Part shown: piece after piece, positions 26,616 to 35,515 of the stretch
Position numbering within the stretch: the stretch's first letter is position 1
Layout of the letters: each line of letters starts with the position of its first letter
Assembly (NCBI GenBank): GCA_041661405.1
Contig: JBAZUL010000004.1
Location: forward strand, 15,309 to 79,308
Source of the DNA: Patescibacteria group bacterium
Lineage (GTDB): Bacteria; Patescibacteriota; Patescibacteriia; Patescibacteriales; JBAZCA01
Length of the DNA stretch: 64,000 bases
Direction of reading: 5' to 3'
The notes under the pieces: generated by a model
What the model was told of the DNA's origin: nothing
Seen by the model: the letters and a program-made list of their open reading frames with translations, nothing else
Database searches by the model: none
Program-made: the position numbers and the translations under genes

Positions 26616-26682
26616 AGTTAAAAGTTCAAAGTGTAATGTTAAAAGTTGCGATTCCTTAACTTTCAACTTTGAACTTTTAACT
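26616..26682 (+). repeat. Perfect 17-bp AAAGTTCAAAGT word hairpin between rpsK and rpsD
   Basis: AGTTAAAAGTTCAAAGT (26616-26632) is the exact reverse complement of ACTTTGAACTTTTAACT (26666-26682). The same words occur in rsmH and tsaB. Confidence 0.9.
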
Positions 26683-26696
26683 TGAGCGAAGCGATT

Positions 26697-27329
26697 ATGG
26701 CCAGAAATTTAGATCCAAAATGTAAACAGTGCCGGAGGGCCGGCGAAAAATTGTTTTTAAAAGGCGAACGTTGCGGTACGCCGCGTTGCGGTATCGTAAA
26801 GAGGAATTTTCCTCCCGGACCCCATAGCGCCAAAGGCCGTCCGCCGCGGGTGAGTGAATACGGAATTCAGCTTAAAGAGAAACAGAAAGCCAGAAAAACG
26901 TACCATCTCTTAGAAAAGCAGTTTGTCTTAACTTTTGAAAAAGCCGGAAAAGAAAAGGGCGACAAAGGAAAAAATTTCATAAAATTGCTTGAGACCCGGA
27001 TGGATAACGCGGTTTACCGGATGGGATTCGCCCCTTCAAGGGATTTGTCCCGCCAGCTTGTAAACCATGGCCACTTTACCGTTAACGGCAAGAAAGTTAA
27101 CATTGCTTCATTTAATCTTAAATCCGGCGATACGGTTAAGGTAAAAGAGTCATCCAGACGCCAAAAGTATTTTCGCGAGCTTCAGGAAAAGAAAGCCGAT
27201 GGGAATCTCCCGAGCTGGCTTAATGTTGACCGGAAAACGCTGGAAGCCAAAGTCGTTTCCGTGCCGTCAGACGATGATATTCCGGGAAACATTAACACGG
27301 CCATGATCGTGGAATTTTATTCAAGATAG
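26697..27329 (+). CDS. rpsD: Ribosomal protein S4
   Basis: MARNLDPKCKQCRRAGEKLFLKGERC. The ATG at 26697 is preferred over the TTG at 26682, which lies inside the hairpin. Confidence 0.9.
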   Translation: MARNLDPKCKQCRRAGEKLFLKGERCGTPRCGIVKRNFPPGPHSAKGRPPRVSEYGIQLKEKQKARKTYHLLEKQFVLTFEKAGKEKGDKGKNFIKLLETRMDNAVYRMGFAPSRDLSRQLVNHGHFTVNGKKVNIASFNLKSGDTVKVKESSRRQKYFRELQEKKADGNLPSWLNVDRKTLEAKVVSVPSDDDIPGNINTAMIVEFYSR

Positions 27330-27346
27330 TAATTCTAAATAACACT

Positions 27347-28162
27347 ATGGAAACCATAGCTTTACCCCAGAACGTGGAATTTAACAAAGGCGCCGGACCC
27401 CATGAATCTCTGGCGTCCATTTATCCCTGCTACCCAGGCTACGGAATTACTCTCGGCAATTCGCTTCGCCGGGTGCTTCTTTCCAGTCTGCCGGGAGCGG
27501 CTGTAATCGGTGTAAAAATAAAAGGAGCGGACCATGAATTCATGTCGCTTCCGCACGTCAAAGAAGATGTTCTGGAAATAATTTTGAATTTAAAAAAATT
27601 GAGACTGAAAGTTTTTTCCGACGAACCAATAATACTTAAACTTAGCGCTCATGGCGAGAAAAAAGTAAAAGCCGGGGATATCGCCAAATCCAGCCAGATT
27701 GAGATAATTAACCCGGAGCTTGTTATCGCCGGAATCACCGACATGGCCGGCAATCTGGAGATGGAAATTCACGTCGCCCAGGGCAAAGGCTATGAGCCGG
27801 TTGAAGCCAGGGAAAAGAAAAATTCTGAAATCGGCTATATTGAGATAGATTCCATTTTTACGCCGGTGCTCAAGGTCGGAATTGACATTGAAAACATCCG
27901 CGTCGGCAAGATGACTAACTGGGAAAAGCTTAAACTGGACATAAAAACCGACGGGACCATGGAACCCGAAGAAGCTTTTGAAAAAGCGGCTAAAATATTG
28001 ATTGAACAGTTTAAAGCTTTAGTCGGAAAAGAAAAAGCGACGGACGAAGCCGGGGAAGCGAAAGAAGTTTTGGAAAGCGAGGCCGGCGACGGCGACGCGT
28101 CCGAGGCTGAAGAAGGAGTTAAAGAATCCGGAAAGAAGCGGGGAAGGCCGAAGAAAGGATAA
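27347..28162 (+). CDS. rpoA: RNA polymerase alpha subunit, N-terminal domain only, with acidic tail and terminal AT-hook-like KKRGRPKKG
   Basis: Alpha-NTD motifs are present (GYGITLGNSLRRVLLSSLPGAAV). The protein is 271 aa. No helix-hairpin-helix alpha-CTD sequence follows about residue 225. Confidence 0.85.
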   Translation: METIALPQNVEFNKGAGPHESLASIYPCYPGYGITLGNSLRRVLLSSLPGAAVIGVKIKGADHEFMSLPHVKEDVLEIILNLKKLRLKVFSDEPIILKLSAHGEKKVKAGDIAKSSQIEIINPELVIAGITDMAGNLEMEIHVAQGKGYEPVEAREKKNSEIGYIEIDSIFTPVLKVGIDIENIRVGKMTNWEKLKLDIKTDGTMEPEEAFEKAAKILIEQFKALVGKEKATDEAGEAKEVLESEAGDGDASEAEEGVKESGKKRGRPKKG

Positions 28163-28218
28163 TTAGTTGATTAGTTAATTGGTTAATTAGGATTGCGTTA
28201 ATAACTAATTAACCAAGG
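28163..28218 (+). repeat. TTAGTTGATTAG word hairpin directly after the rpoA stop
   Basis: TTAGTTGATTAGTTAATTGGTTAATTAGGA differs at 1 of 30 nt from 43991-44020. The right arm is CTAATTAACCAA. Confidence 0.85.
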
Positions 28219-28246
28219 AGCCAGTCCGCAATTTAAATAAATACGT

Positions 28247-28597
28247 ATGAGACACAGGAACAAAAATAAAATACTGGACAGAAAAAAAGCGCCACGGGAG
28301 CTCATGCTCCGCAATCTGGCTTCAAGTATTTTGATTTACGAAAAAGTAAAAACCACCAAAGCCAAGGCCCAGGCAGTAAGGCCGCTTCTTGAGCGGGTGA
28401 TTACTTACGCCAGAAAAAATGACCTGGCTTCTAAAAAAAGGATTATGTCAATTCTGCCGCAAAAAATGGCGGCTAAAAAGGTCATTGAGGTTATCGGCGG
28501 CCGCTATAAGGACCAAAATGGCGGCTACTGCCGGATCGTGAAGCTCGGAGAGAGACAGGGAGACGGCGCCGAAGTGGTGCAGATTGAATTGGTATAA
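28247..28597 (+). CDS. rplQ: Ribosomal protein L17
   Basis: MRHRNKNKILDRKKAPRELMLRNLA, 116 aa, in the canonical position after rpoA. Confidence 0.9.
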   Translation: MRHRNKNKILDRKKAPRELMLRNLASSILIYEKVKTTKAKAQAVRPLLERVITYARKNDLASKKRIMSILPQKMAAKKVIEVIGGRYKDQNGGYCRIVKLGERQGDGAEVVQIELV

Positions 28598-28637
28598 CCG
28601 GAAACCTGGAATAAGAAATATAAAAATAAGAAATATT

Positions 28638-28997
28638 ATGTCGGTTAAAATAGAAAGAAAACATTATAAAATTGACGCGGAAGGCAAGTCTGTCGGCCGG
28701 CTGGCGACCCAAATCGCCCTGGTTTTGCGCGGAAAAAATAAGCCGGAATACACCCCGAACATTGACGCCGGGGATATTGTTGAAGTGGGCAACATCGCCA
28801 GATTGAAGTTTACCGGCAAGAAACTGGAGCAAAAAAAATATTTCCGCTATTCAGGCTACCCGGGCGGCTTAAAAACCGTAAAAATGAGGGACGTAATGCA
28901 AAATAAACCGGCTGAAATTTTAGTCCGGGCGGTGCGGGAAATGCTTCCTCCTAACCGGCTCCGGAACGGCATGATGAAGAGACTGATAATCAGATAA
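28638..28997 (+). CDS. rplM: Ribosomal protein L13
   Basis: The ATG at 28638 gives MSVKIERKHYKIDAEGKSVGRLATQIALVLRGKNKPEYTP. The ORF-track start at 28584 overlaps rplQ and the 16-nt tandem AATAAGAAATAT words. Confidence 0.9.
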   Translation: MSVKIERKHYKIDAEGKSVGRLATQIALVLRGKNKPEYTPNIDAGDIVEVGNIARLKFTGKKLEQKKYFRYSGYPGGLKTVKMRDVMQNKPAEILVRAVREMLPPNRLRNGMMKRLIIR

Positions 28998-29000
28998 GCG

Positions 29001-29060
29001 TTTAGGGTTTAGCGTATAGAGTACAAGAACTAAACTCTGTACGCTGAACCCTATACCCTA
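29001..29060 (+). repeat. 18-bp hairpin between rplM and rpsI with plus-strand-specific G-U pairs
   Basis: GGGTTTAGCGTATAGAGT (29005-29022) pairs with ACTCTGTACGCTGAACCC (29034-29051). The two non-Watson-Crick positions are U-G on the plus-strand RNA and would be A-C on the other strand. Confidence 0.85.
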
Positions 29061-29069
29061 TAAAACATT

Positions 29070-29525
29070 ATGGCAGAAACAAAAAATACAACTAAAAGCG
29101 CCGTAGCGGAAGAAAAAGCTAAAAACGACATTTTTAAAGGCCGCTATATCGCGGCGATCGGCCGGCGAAAAAGAGCCATCGCCCAGACCCGGCTCTACGA
29201 AAAAGGCAAGGGCGTTATCATTATAAACGGAATGAAAGCGACCGATTATTTTCCAGCCGGACTCATGATGACCGTCAACCAGGCCATAAAATTAACCGGC
29301 CGCAACAAAGATTTTGATTTTTCAATCATGGTTTCCGGCGGAGGCAAATCCGGTCAGTCCGAAGCGGTCCGCCTCGGAATTTCCCGGGCTCTCATAAAAT
29401 TTGATCCGGAGCTTCGCCCGGCTTTAAAAGCCAAGGGCTATCTGACCCGCGACTCCAGGGAAGTGGAACGGAAAAAACCGGGTTTGAAAAAAGCCAGAAG
29501 GGCTCCCCAGTGGTCAAAGAGATAG
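29070..29525 (+). CDS. rpsI: Ribosomal protein S9
   Basis: The C-terminus is RDSREVERKKPGLKKARRAPQWSKR, with GGGKSGQSEAVRLGISRAL in the core. Confidence 0.95.
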   Translation: MAETKNTTKSAVAEEKAKNDIFKGRYIAAIGRRKRAIAQTRLYEKGKGVIIINGMKATDYFPAGLMMTVNQAIKLTGRNKDFDFSIMVSGGGKSGQSEAVRLGISRALIKFDPELRPALKAKGYLTRDSREVERKKPGLKKARRAPQWSKR

Positions 29526-29562
29526 TCTCTTTGCGCTATTCTTCATATATCTTTGAGATATC

Positions 29563-29595
29563 AAAAATCCCGCCTCTTCGGGGTTTTTGCTTTTT
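29563..29595 (+). terminator. Weak rho-independent terminator after rpsI
   Basis: An A-run, then CCCG (29569-29572) pairing with CGGG (29579-29582), then TTTTTGCTTTTT. Confidence 0.45.
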
Positions 29596-29651
29596 GGCGG
29601 CTTGTAGTATAATGTATTAAGGCTTTGCCAGCCTTTTATTTTTTTATTATT

Positions 29652-31118
29652 ATGCCGGGAAAAGTCGCCAATATCGCCAAAAACACCTCTTACTTTACTG
29701 TCGCCCTTATCTTGCAGAAGGTGATATCTTTCAGTTATTTCATAATCCTGGCGCGCTACCTGGGGCCGGAAGACCTTGGGAAATATTATTTTGCCATTTC
29801 TTTTACCACGATTTTTTCCATAATCATTGACCTTGGTTTTGCCGGGGTTTTAATCCGGGAGGTGGCCAAAGACAACGCTAAAGCGGAAAAATTTTTAGGA
29901 AGCATTCTGGCCATGAAAATCCCTTTGACAGCCGTATCTTTCGCGGCGGCGGCGATTTTGATAAACGCGCTCGGCTATCCGGACATAACTAAATACCTCG
30001 TTTACCTGTCAATGCTTTGCATGGCCATGGACTCGTTCACTTTATCATTTTTTTCCACCATCCGCGGATTCCATAACCTCGCGTACGAAAGCGCCGGGTC
30101 AGTTATTTTTCAGTTGATCGTAATCGGCGCTGGAGCGGCACTCGTTAAAGCCGGCGCCGGATTAAAATGGATGTTTCTGCCGTTAATCGCCGCGAGCGCC
30201 TTTAACTTTTTTTATTCCATGTATCTTGTCGCGATAAAGTGGAAGATAAAAATCAGGCCGGACTGGGATTTTTCGCGCATAAAATATATCGTCGGCATTT
30301 CCATTGCCTTTACTTTGTACGGCGTCTTAAACCGGGTTTATACTTTTCTTGATTCAGTGCTTTTATCGCTTTTGTCGGGCGACCGGGCGGTAGGAATTTA
30401 TCAGGTGGCCTTTAAGATGATTATCGCCCTGCAGTTTCTGCCAATGGCTTTCGCCGCTTCTCTTTACCCGGCGCTTTCTCTTTATTGGATAAAAAATAAA
30501 TCGCAGTTATCCGTCACTTTTGAGCGGGCGATGAATTATTTAATAATCATTTCCGTACCGATAAGCGCGGGCATTATCATGATTGCCGATAAGATTGTTT
30601 TGATTTTTAAATCCGGTTATTCGGAAGCCATATTGCCTTTGCAAATTACTATCGCCCAACTGCTCTTTACTTTCGTAAACTTTCCGATCGGTTCTTTGCT
30701 GAATGCCTGCGACCGGCAAAAGCAAAATACCTATATTATGGGAGTTGTCGCCTTGACGAGCGCTGTTTTAAACCTGATTTTAATTCCCCGAATCGGGGTA
30801 ATCGGCGCGAGTATCGCCTCGTCGGTTTCGGGGGTCATTCAAGTTTCGCTGGGAATGATCATGGTAAAAAAAATTATAGATTACCGGCTCAGGAAGAATC
30901 TAATAATTCTCGCTAAGTCGCTTTTCTCGGCCGGAATGATGGCCTTGGCAGTATATTATTTTAAGGTCGACCTGAATATATTTATCGTTTCAGCGCTGGG
31001 CGCGGCGGTTTATTTCGCCGTTCTCTTCCTGCTCGGCGGATTAAAGAAAGAAGATGTTATGAGCATACTGGAGTCGTTTAGAAAAAAAGCGGAGATTGAA
31101 AGTGAAAATCATTTATAA
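29652..31118 (+). CDS. Polysaccharide/oligosaccharide flippase (MOP/Wzx family)
   Basis: About 14 TM segments. The N-terminus KNTSYFTVALILQKVISFSYFIILARYLGPEDLGKY is typical of polysaccharide biosynthesis (PST) proteins. The ATG at 29652 is preferred over the TTG at 29625. Confidence 0.7.
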   Translation: MPGKVANIAKNTSYFTVALILQKVISFSYFIILARYLGPEDLGKYYFAISFTTIFSIIIDLGFAGVLIREVAKDNAKAEKFLGSILAMKIPLTAVSFAAAAILINALGYPDITKYLVYLSMLCMAMDSFTLSFFSTIRGFHNLAYESAGSVIFQLIVIGAGAALVKAGAGLKWMFLPLIAASAFNFFYSMYLVAIKWKIKIRPDWDFSRIKYIVGISIAFTLYGVLNRVYTFLDSVLLSLLSGDRAVGIYQVAFKMIIALQFLPMAFAASLYPALSLYWIKNKSQLSVTFERAMNYLIIISVPISAGIIMIADKIVLIFKSGYSEAILPLQITIAQLLFTFVNFPIGSLLNACDRQKQNTYIMGVVALTSAVLNLILIPRIGVIGASIASSVSGVIQVSLGMIMVKKIIDYRLRKNLIILAKSLFSAGMMALAVYYFKVDLNIFIVSALGAAVYFAVLFLLGGLKKEDVMSILESFRKKAEIESENHL

Positions 31119-31128
31119 AATTTAATTT

Positions 31129-32232
31129 ATGCGTTTTCTTTTATTTACCCTTGAATACCCGCCATTCAAAGGCGGGGTAGCTGATTATTACGAAAAAATC
31201 GCTGAACACTGGCCGGAAAAGGAAAATATTTTTGTTCTCAATAATAACAAAGGCCGGCTTATTTCGCGGGCTCTGCCTTTTTTTAAATGGCTTCCATCGC
31301 TCTGGCGGCTGGCGATTTTCTGCAAGGCGAAAAAAATCAACCACGTGCTGGTCGGGAACATCCTGCCGCTCGGCATACCGGCTTATGTCCTCCATAAAAT
31401 ATTTTCCCTTAAATATTCGGTTATTCTTCACGGTCTAGATTACAATTTCGCTTTTAAGACCGAGCGGAAATCTTTTATCACCCGGAGGATTCTTGCCTCA
31501 GCGGAAAAAATAATCTGCGCCAACAGCTATGTGGCCGGCCTGGTATTGGAAGAAAACGGCGGACCGCTTAAAGAAAAAATTATAGTGTCTAACCCGGGAA
31601 TAATCGTTACCGGCTTTAACCCGCTAGAAATCGGTCCGGATCCGGCGGAAAAAATTCGCGAAGAATATAATCTCAAAGGAAAAACCGTTATGCTTTCGCT
31701 TGGACGGCTGGTAAAAAGAAAAGGGGTGGACTATGTATTAAAAATTTTTCCCAAAGCCCTTGAGGCGGCGCCGGATCTGGTTTATATTATAGCGGGCGTC
31801 GGTCCTGACGAGAGTTATTTAAAAGATAAATGGCTGGCTTTGCCGGATAAAGTGAGAGACAGGATTGTATTCGCGGGCAAACTATCGAATGAAGAAAAAT
31901 TGACCTGGCTCTCCCTCTGCGATTTTTTTATCATGCCTTCAAGAAAAATAAACGGCGATGTTGAAGGTTTTGGCATAGTTTATCTTGAAGCGAGCCTGGC
32001 GGGTAAGCCGGTTATCGCCGGCGATTCGGGAGGAGTGCGGGACGCAGTGGCTGACGGTGTGAGCGGACTGCTCGTTAACCCGGATGAAAAAAGGGAAATT
32101 TTGGCGGCGGTAATTAAGCTGGCAAAAGACGGCGAATTCCGGAAAGAACTTGGCGAGGCCGGAAAAAGGCGGGTGCTGGACGAATTTGACGCCAGGAAGC
32201 TGGTTTATAAGCTTTACGAGGCGTTAAAGTGA
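31129..32232 (+). CDS. Glycosyltransferase family 4
   Basis: VEGFGIVYLEASLAGKPVIAGDSGGVRDAV is an EX7E region. Confidence 0.8.
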   Translation: MRFLLFTLEYPPFKGGVADYYEKIAEHWPEKENIFVLNNNKGRLISRALPFFKWLPSLWRLAIFCKAKKINHVLVGNILPLGIPAYVLHKIFSLKYSVILHGLDYNFAFKTERKSFITRRILASAEKIICANSYVAGLVLEENGGPLKEKIIVSNPGIIVTGFNPLEIGPDPAEKIREEYNLKGKTVMLSLGRLVKRKGVDYVLKIFPKALEAAPDLVYIIAGVGPDESYLKDKWLALPDKVRDRIVFAGKLSNEEKLTWLSLCDFFIMPSRKINGDVEGFGIVYLEASLAGKPVIAGDSGGVRDAVADGVSGLLVNPDEKREILAAVIKLAKDGEFRKELGEAGKRRVLDEFDARKLVYKLYEALK

Positions 32233-32418
32233 GAAAATAAAAGGCGGGCTTGGCCGTGGTAATAATCGCTCCGGATGGCTTTGACGGAGATATTTCACTG
32301 TGTTATCATAATTGTATAAGTAAAATTTATCCAATAAAGTTTATTGCGCCGGTAAACGCGTTATTGACAAAAATTAGCGTTTCCGGCTTGTATTTTTAAT
32401 TTGAAATTAAATAGCCAT

Positions 32419-33735
32419 ATGATATCTGAAAACGCGCCAAAGAGGAAAATTTGGAAAAAAATAAGCATTGGCTTTATTATACTGATTCTTTTAGCCGCTT
32501 CTTTCGGGGCGGGCGGTTATTTTTCACAGAAGAATGAAGTTATAAAAGAACTGGCTAAAAAGGAAGTGGTTTATCTTGGCAAGCTTACCGGAAAGTATTC
32601 GGCCGCCGAATCGGGAAAACTATCCCAGGACGTTGATTTCAGCCTCTATTGGAAAGTTTGGGATCTTCTTCATGAACAGTACGTTGATCGCGATAAGCTG
32701 AATGAGAAAGAACTTTTTTATGGATCATTAAAAGGACTCGTGGCCGCCGCCGGGGATCCTTATACGGTTTTCATGGATCCCAAAATTTCTGAGGATTTTT
32801 CCAATGATTTGGCCGGAACTTTTGAAGGTATTGGAGCGGAAATCGGCATGAAGGACGAAATAATAACCATTGTCGCGCCGCTTCCGGAGATGCCGGCCGA
32901 AAAAGCCGGACTTAAGGCCGGGGACAAGATTTACGCCATTGACGGGAAAACCACATCCGGCATGTCGGTTGACGAGGCGGTTTCAAAAATTCGCGGCCCC
33001 AAGGGAGCTGAAGTGACTTTGACTATTTTTCGCGAAGGGTTTTCCGAAACTAAGGATTTTAAATTAAAGAGGGATAAAATTGTCGTAAAAAGCGTAAGGA
33101 CGGAAACGCGCGAAAACGGAGTTTTTGTGATAAAAGTAACTAATTTTAATGACGACACCAAGGAACTGTTTGATAAAGCCGCGGCAGAAGCCGTAAAAAA
33201 TAACCCCAAGGGCATTATTCTTGATTTAAGAAATAATCCGGGCGGTTATCTTGAAACGGCCATAGAAATGGCGAGCGAATGGATTGAGGAAGGCGTGGTC
33301 GTGACCGAAAAATTTTCCGAAGATAAGAAGAATGAATATCTTTCCCGGGGGCGCGCCAGATTAAATAATTTTTCCACGGTTGTGCTTGTTAACCAGGGAA
33401 GCGCCTCGGCTTCGGAAATCGTTTCCGGCGCCCTGCAGGATACGGGCGAAGCGGCGATTATCGGCCAGCAAACATTTGGCAAGGGATCGGTGCAGGCGAT
33501 GGAAGACCTGCCGGACGGATCATCGGTAAAAATTACGGTTGCTAAATGGCTTACGCCCAAGGGTAATAATATAACCGAAAAGGGCGTTACTCCGGATGTT
33601 TTAGTTGATTTGACGCCGGAGGATTTTGATAAGGGTAAAGACCCGCAGATGGACATGGCGGTGAACATTTTAACGGGTAAAACTACTGTGGACGCGGAAA
33701 AAGCCAAACAAAAGGAAGCGGAGCCTAAGAAGTAG
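32419..33735 (+). CDS. ctpA: S41 family C-terminal processing peptidase
   Basis: N-terminal TM segment, PDZ region (PAEKAGLKAGDKIYAIDGK), LDLRNNPGGYL, NQGSASASEI and FGKGSVQ motifs. Confidence 0.9.
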   Translation: MISENAPKRKIWKKISIGFIILILLAASFGAGGYFSQKNEVIKELAKKEVVYLGKLTGKYSAAESGKLSQDVDFSLYWKVWDLLHEQYVDRDKLNEKELFYGSLKGLVAAAGDPYTVFMDPKISEDFSNDLAGTFEGIGAEIGMKDEIITIVAPLPEMPAEKAGLKAGDKIYAIDGKTTSGMSVDEAVSKIRGPKGAEVTLTIFREGFSETKDFKLKRDKIVVKSVRTETRENGVFVIKVTNFNDDTKELFDKAAAEAVKNNPKGIILDLRNNPGGYLETAIEMASEWIEEGVVVTEKFSEDKKNEYLSRGRARLNNFSTVVLVNQGSASASEIVSGALQDTGEAAIIGQQTFGKGSVQAMEDLPDGSSVKITVAKWLTPKGNNITEKGVTPDVLVDLTPEDFDKGKDPQMDMAVNILTGKTTVDAEKAKQKEAEPKK

Positions 33736-33772
33736 CTTGCTTTTAGCGCGAAAATAAAATAAAATTACAGAT

Positions 33773-35443
33773 ATGGCCAACCCAAAAGCAAAAAAGAAAA
33801 TTTCCACCAAATACATCTTCGTCGTCGGCGGAGTAATGAGCGGCGTAGGAAAAGGCATTACCTGCGCTTCGGTCGGCCGGGTTTTAGAAGGCAAAGGATA
33901 TGACGTGAGCGCCATTAAAATTGACCCCTACATTAACGTTGACGCGGGAACCATGAATCCGGTTGAACACGGCGAAGTTTTCGTTACTGAAGACGGCGAC
34001 GAAACCGATCAGGACGTGGGTAATTATGAAAGATTTTTAAACAAGAATATTTACCGGGAAAACTATATGACCACCGGCCGGGTGTATATGTCGGTGATTC
34101 AAAGGGAAAGAAACCTTGAATACGCGGGCAAATGCGTTGAAGTCGTGCCGCATATTCCAATGGAAGTTCTCCGAAGAATCAATGAGGCGGTGAAAAAAAG
34201 CCAGTGCGAAATAATGATCATAGAAATCGGCGGTACGGTCGGCGAATACCAGAACCTGCTGTTTTTGGAAGCCGCCCGGATGCTGAAGCTCCAAAAACCC
34301 AAAGACGTTTTGTTCGTCATGGTGAGCTACCTGCCGATTCCGGACAAGGTAGGTGAAATGAAAACCAAACCGACCCAGTACGCGATAAGAACCCTGAACG
34401 CCGCCGGCATCCAGCCGGATTACGTGGTCGGCCGTTCCAGCCATCCGGTGGATGAGCCGCGCCGTAAAAAAATCGCGGTAATCGGCAACATTTCCTCGGA
34501 CGACATAATTTCCGCGCCTGACGTGGATTCGGTTTATGATGTGCCTCTTAATTTTGAAAAAGACAGGCTGGGAGAAAATATTTTAAAAAAATTCGGCCTG
34601 AAGCCGCGAAGAAAAGACCTGGCTGACTGGAGAAAAATGGTGGATAGTTATAAAAATGCCGGCCGTGAAGTAAATATCGGCATTGTTGGCAAATATTTTA
34701 CCACCGGCGATTTTTGTCTTGGCGATTCCTATATTTCGGTGATAGAAGCGATAAAGCACGGCTGTATGGCTAATAAATGCCGGCCGAAAATTCACTGGGT
34801 CAATACCGATGAAATAGAAAAAAACGGTATTAGCGAACTGAAAAAGTACGACGGCATTATAGTTCCGCAAGGCTGGGGTTCGCGCGGCTCGGAAGGAAAG
34901 ATTAAAACTATTGAGTATTGCCGAAAAAATAAAGTTCCGTATTTCGGCCTTTGCTACGGCATGCAAATGGCGGTGATTGAGTTCGCGAGGAACGTTTTAG
35001 GCTATAAAGACGCCAACTCGGAAGAAGTCAACCCGAGAACAACGCATCCGGTTATCCATATCATGCCGGAGCAGAAAGAACTGATCGCGAAAAAACAGTA
35101 CGGCGGAACAATCCGCTTAGGTGGCTGGCCGTGTAAAATTATTTCCGGTACGCATTTAGAAAAGGCTTACCGCCGATCCGGAGTGAAAGATGATATTATT
35201 TCCGAACGACACCGCCATCGCTATGAATTTAATAACGCTTTTCGCGAGGAAATGGAAAAAGCCGGGCTAAAAATCGCCGGCACCTCGCCGGACGGGTTGA
35301 TCGTTGAAGCGGTGGAAATAAAAGATCATCCGTTCTTCATCGGCACCCAGTTCCATCCCGAATATATTTCCCGGCCGCTTAATCCGCATCCTTTGTTCGT
35401 TGAATTTGTCCGGGCGTGCTTGGTAACAGTTAAGAAAAATTAG
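33773..35443 (+). CDS. pyrG: CTP synthase
   Basis: KYIFVVGGVMSGVGKGI at the N-terminus and the GATase region GLCYGMQ...HRHRYEFN. Confidence 0.95.
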   Translation: MANPKAKKKISTKYIFVVGGVMSGVGKGITCASVGRVLEGKGYDVSAIKIDPYINVDAGTMNPVEHGEVFVTEDGDETDQDVGNYERFLNKNIYRENYMTTGRVYMSVIQRERNLEYAGKCVEVVPHIPMEVLRRINEAVKKSQCEIMIIEIGGTVGEYQNLLFLEAARMLKLQKPKDVLFVMVSYLPIPDKVGEMKTKPTQYAIRTLNAAGIQPDYVVGRSSHPVDEPRRKKIAVIGNISSDDIISAPDVDSVYDVPLNFEKDRLGENILKKFGLKPRRKDLADWRKMVDSYKNAGREVNIGIVGKYFTTGDFCLGDSYISVIEAIKHGCMANKCRPKIHWVNTDEIEKNGISELKKYDGIIVPQGWGSRGSEGKIKTIEYCRKNKVPYFGLCYGMQMAVIEFARNVLGYKDANSEEVNPRTTHPVIHIMPEQKELIAKKQYGGTIRLGGWPCKIISGTHLEKAYRRSGVKDDIISERHRHRYEFNNAFREEMEKAGLKIAGTSPDGLIVEAVEIKDHPFFIGTQFHPEYISRPLNPHPLFVEFVRACLVTVKKN

Positions 35444-35462
35444 TGTTTAATTCATGGAACAG

Positions 35463-35501
35463 AAAAACATCCCGCCGAATTGGCGGGGTGTTTTGGCTTT
35501 T
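35463..35501. terminator. Bidirectional terminator between convergent pyrG and the 659-aa membrane protein gene
   Basis: AAAAA, then ATCCCGCC GAATT GGCGGGGT, then TTTTGGCTTTT. Confidence 0.7.
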
Positions 35502-35515
35502 AAATGATTTCAGCT

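Noticed and set aside
26682-26696. ORF-track N-terminal extensions using TTG/GTG starts (for example rpsD at 26682, rplM at 28584, flippase at 29625, ctpA at 32401, TGase at 39468, femX at 42888, wecG at 54648, pilin-like at 56713).
   Set aside because: Downstream ATG codons reproduce the canonical family N-termini, or avoid overlap with the upstream gene or hairpin. The extensions run through repeat hairpins.
25421-29069. The word repeats could be a CRISPR array or CRISPR-like.
   Set aside because: There is no constant repeat alternating with unique spacers of regular length. The units are 7-16 nt, form inverted pairs, and no cas genes are present.
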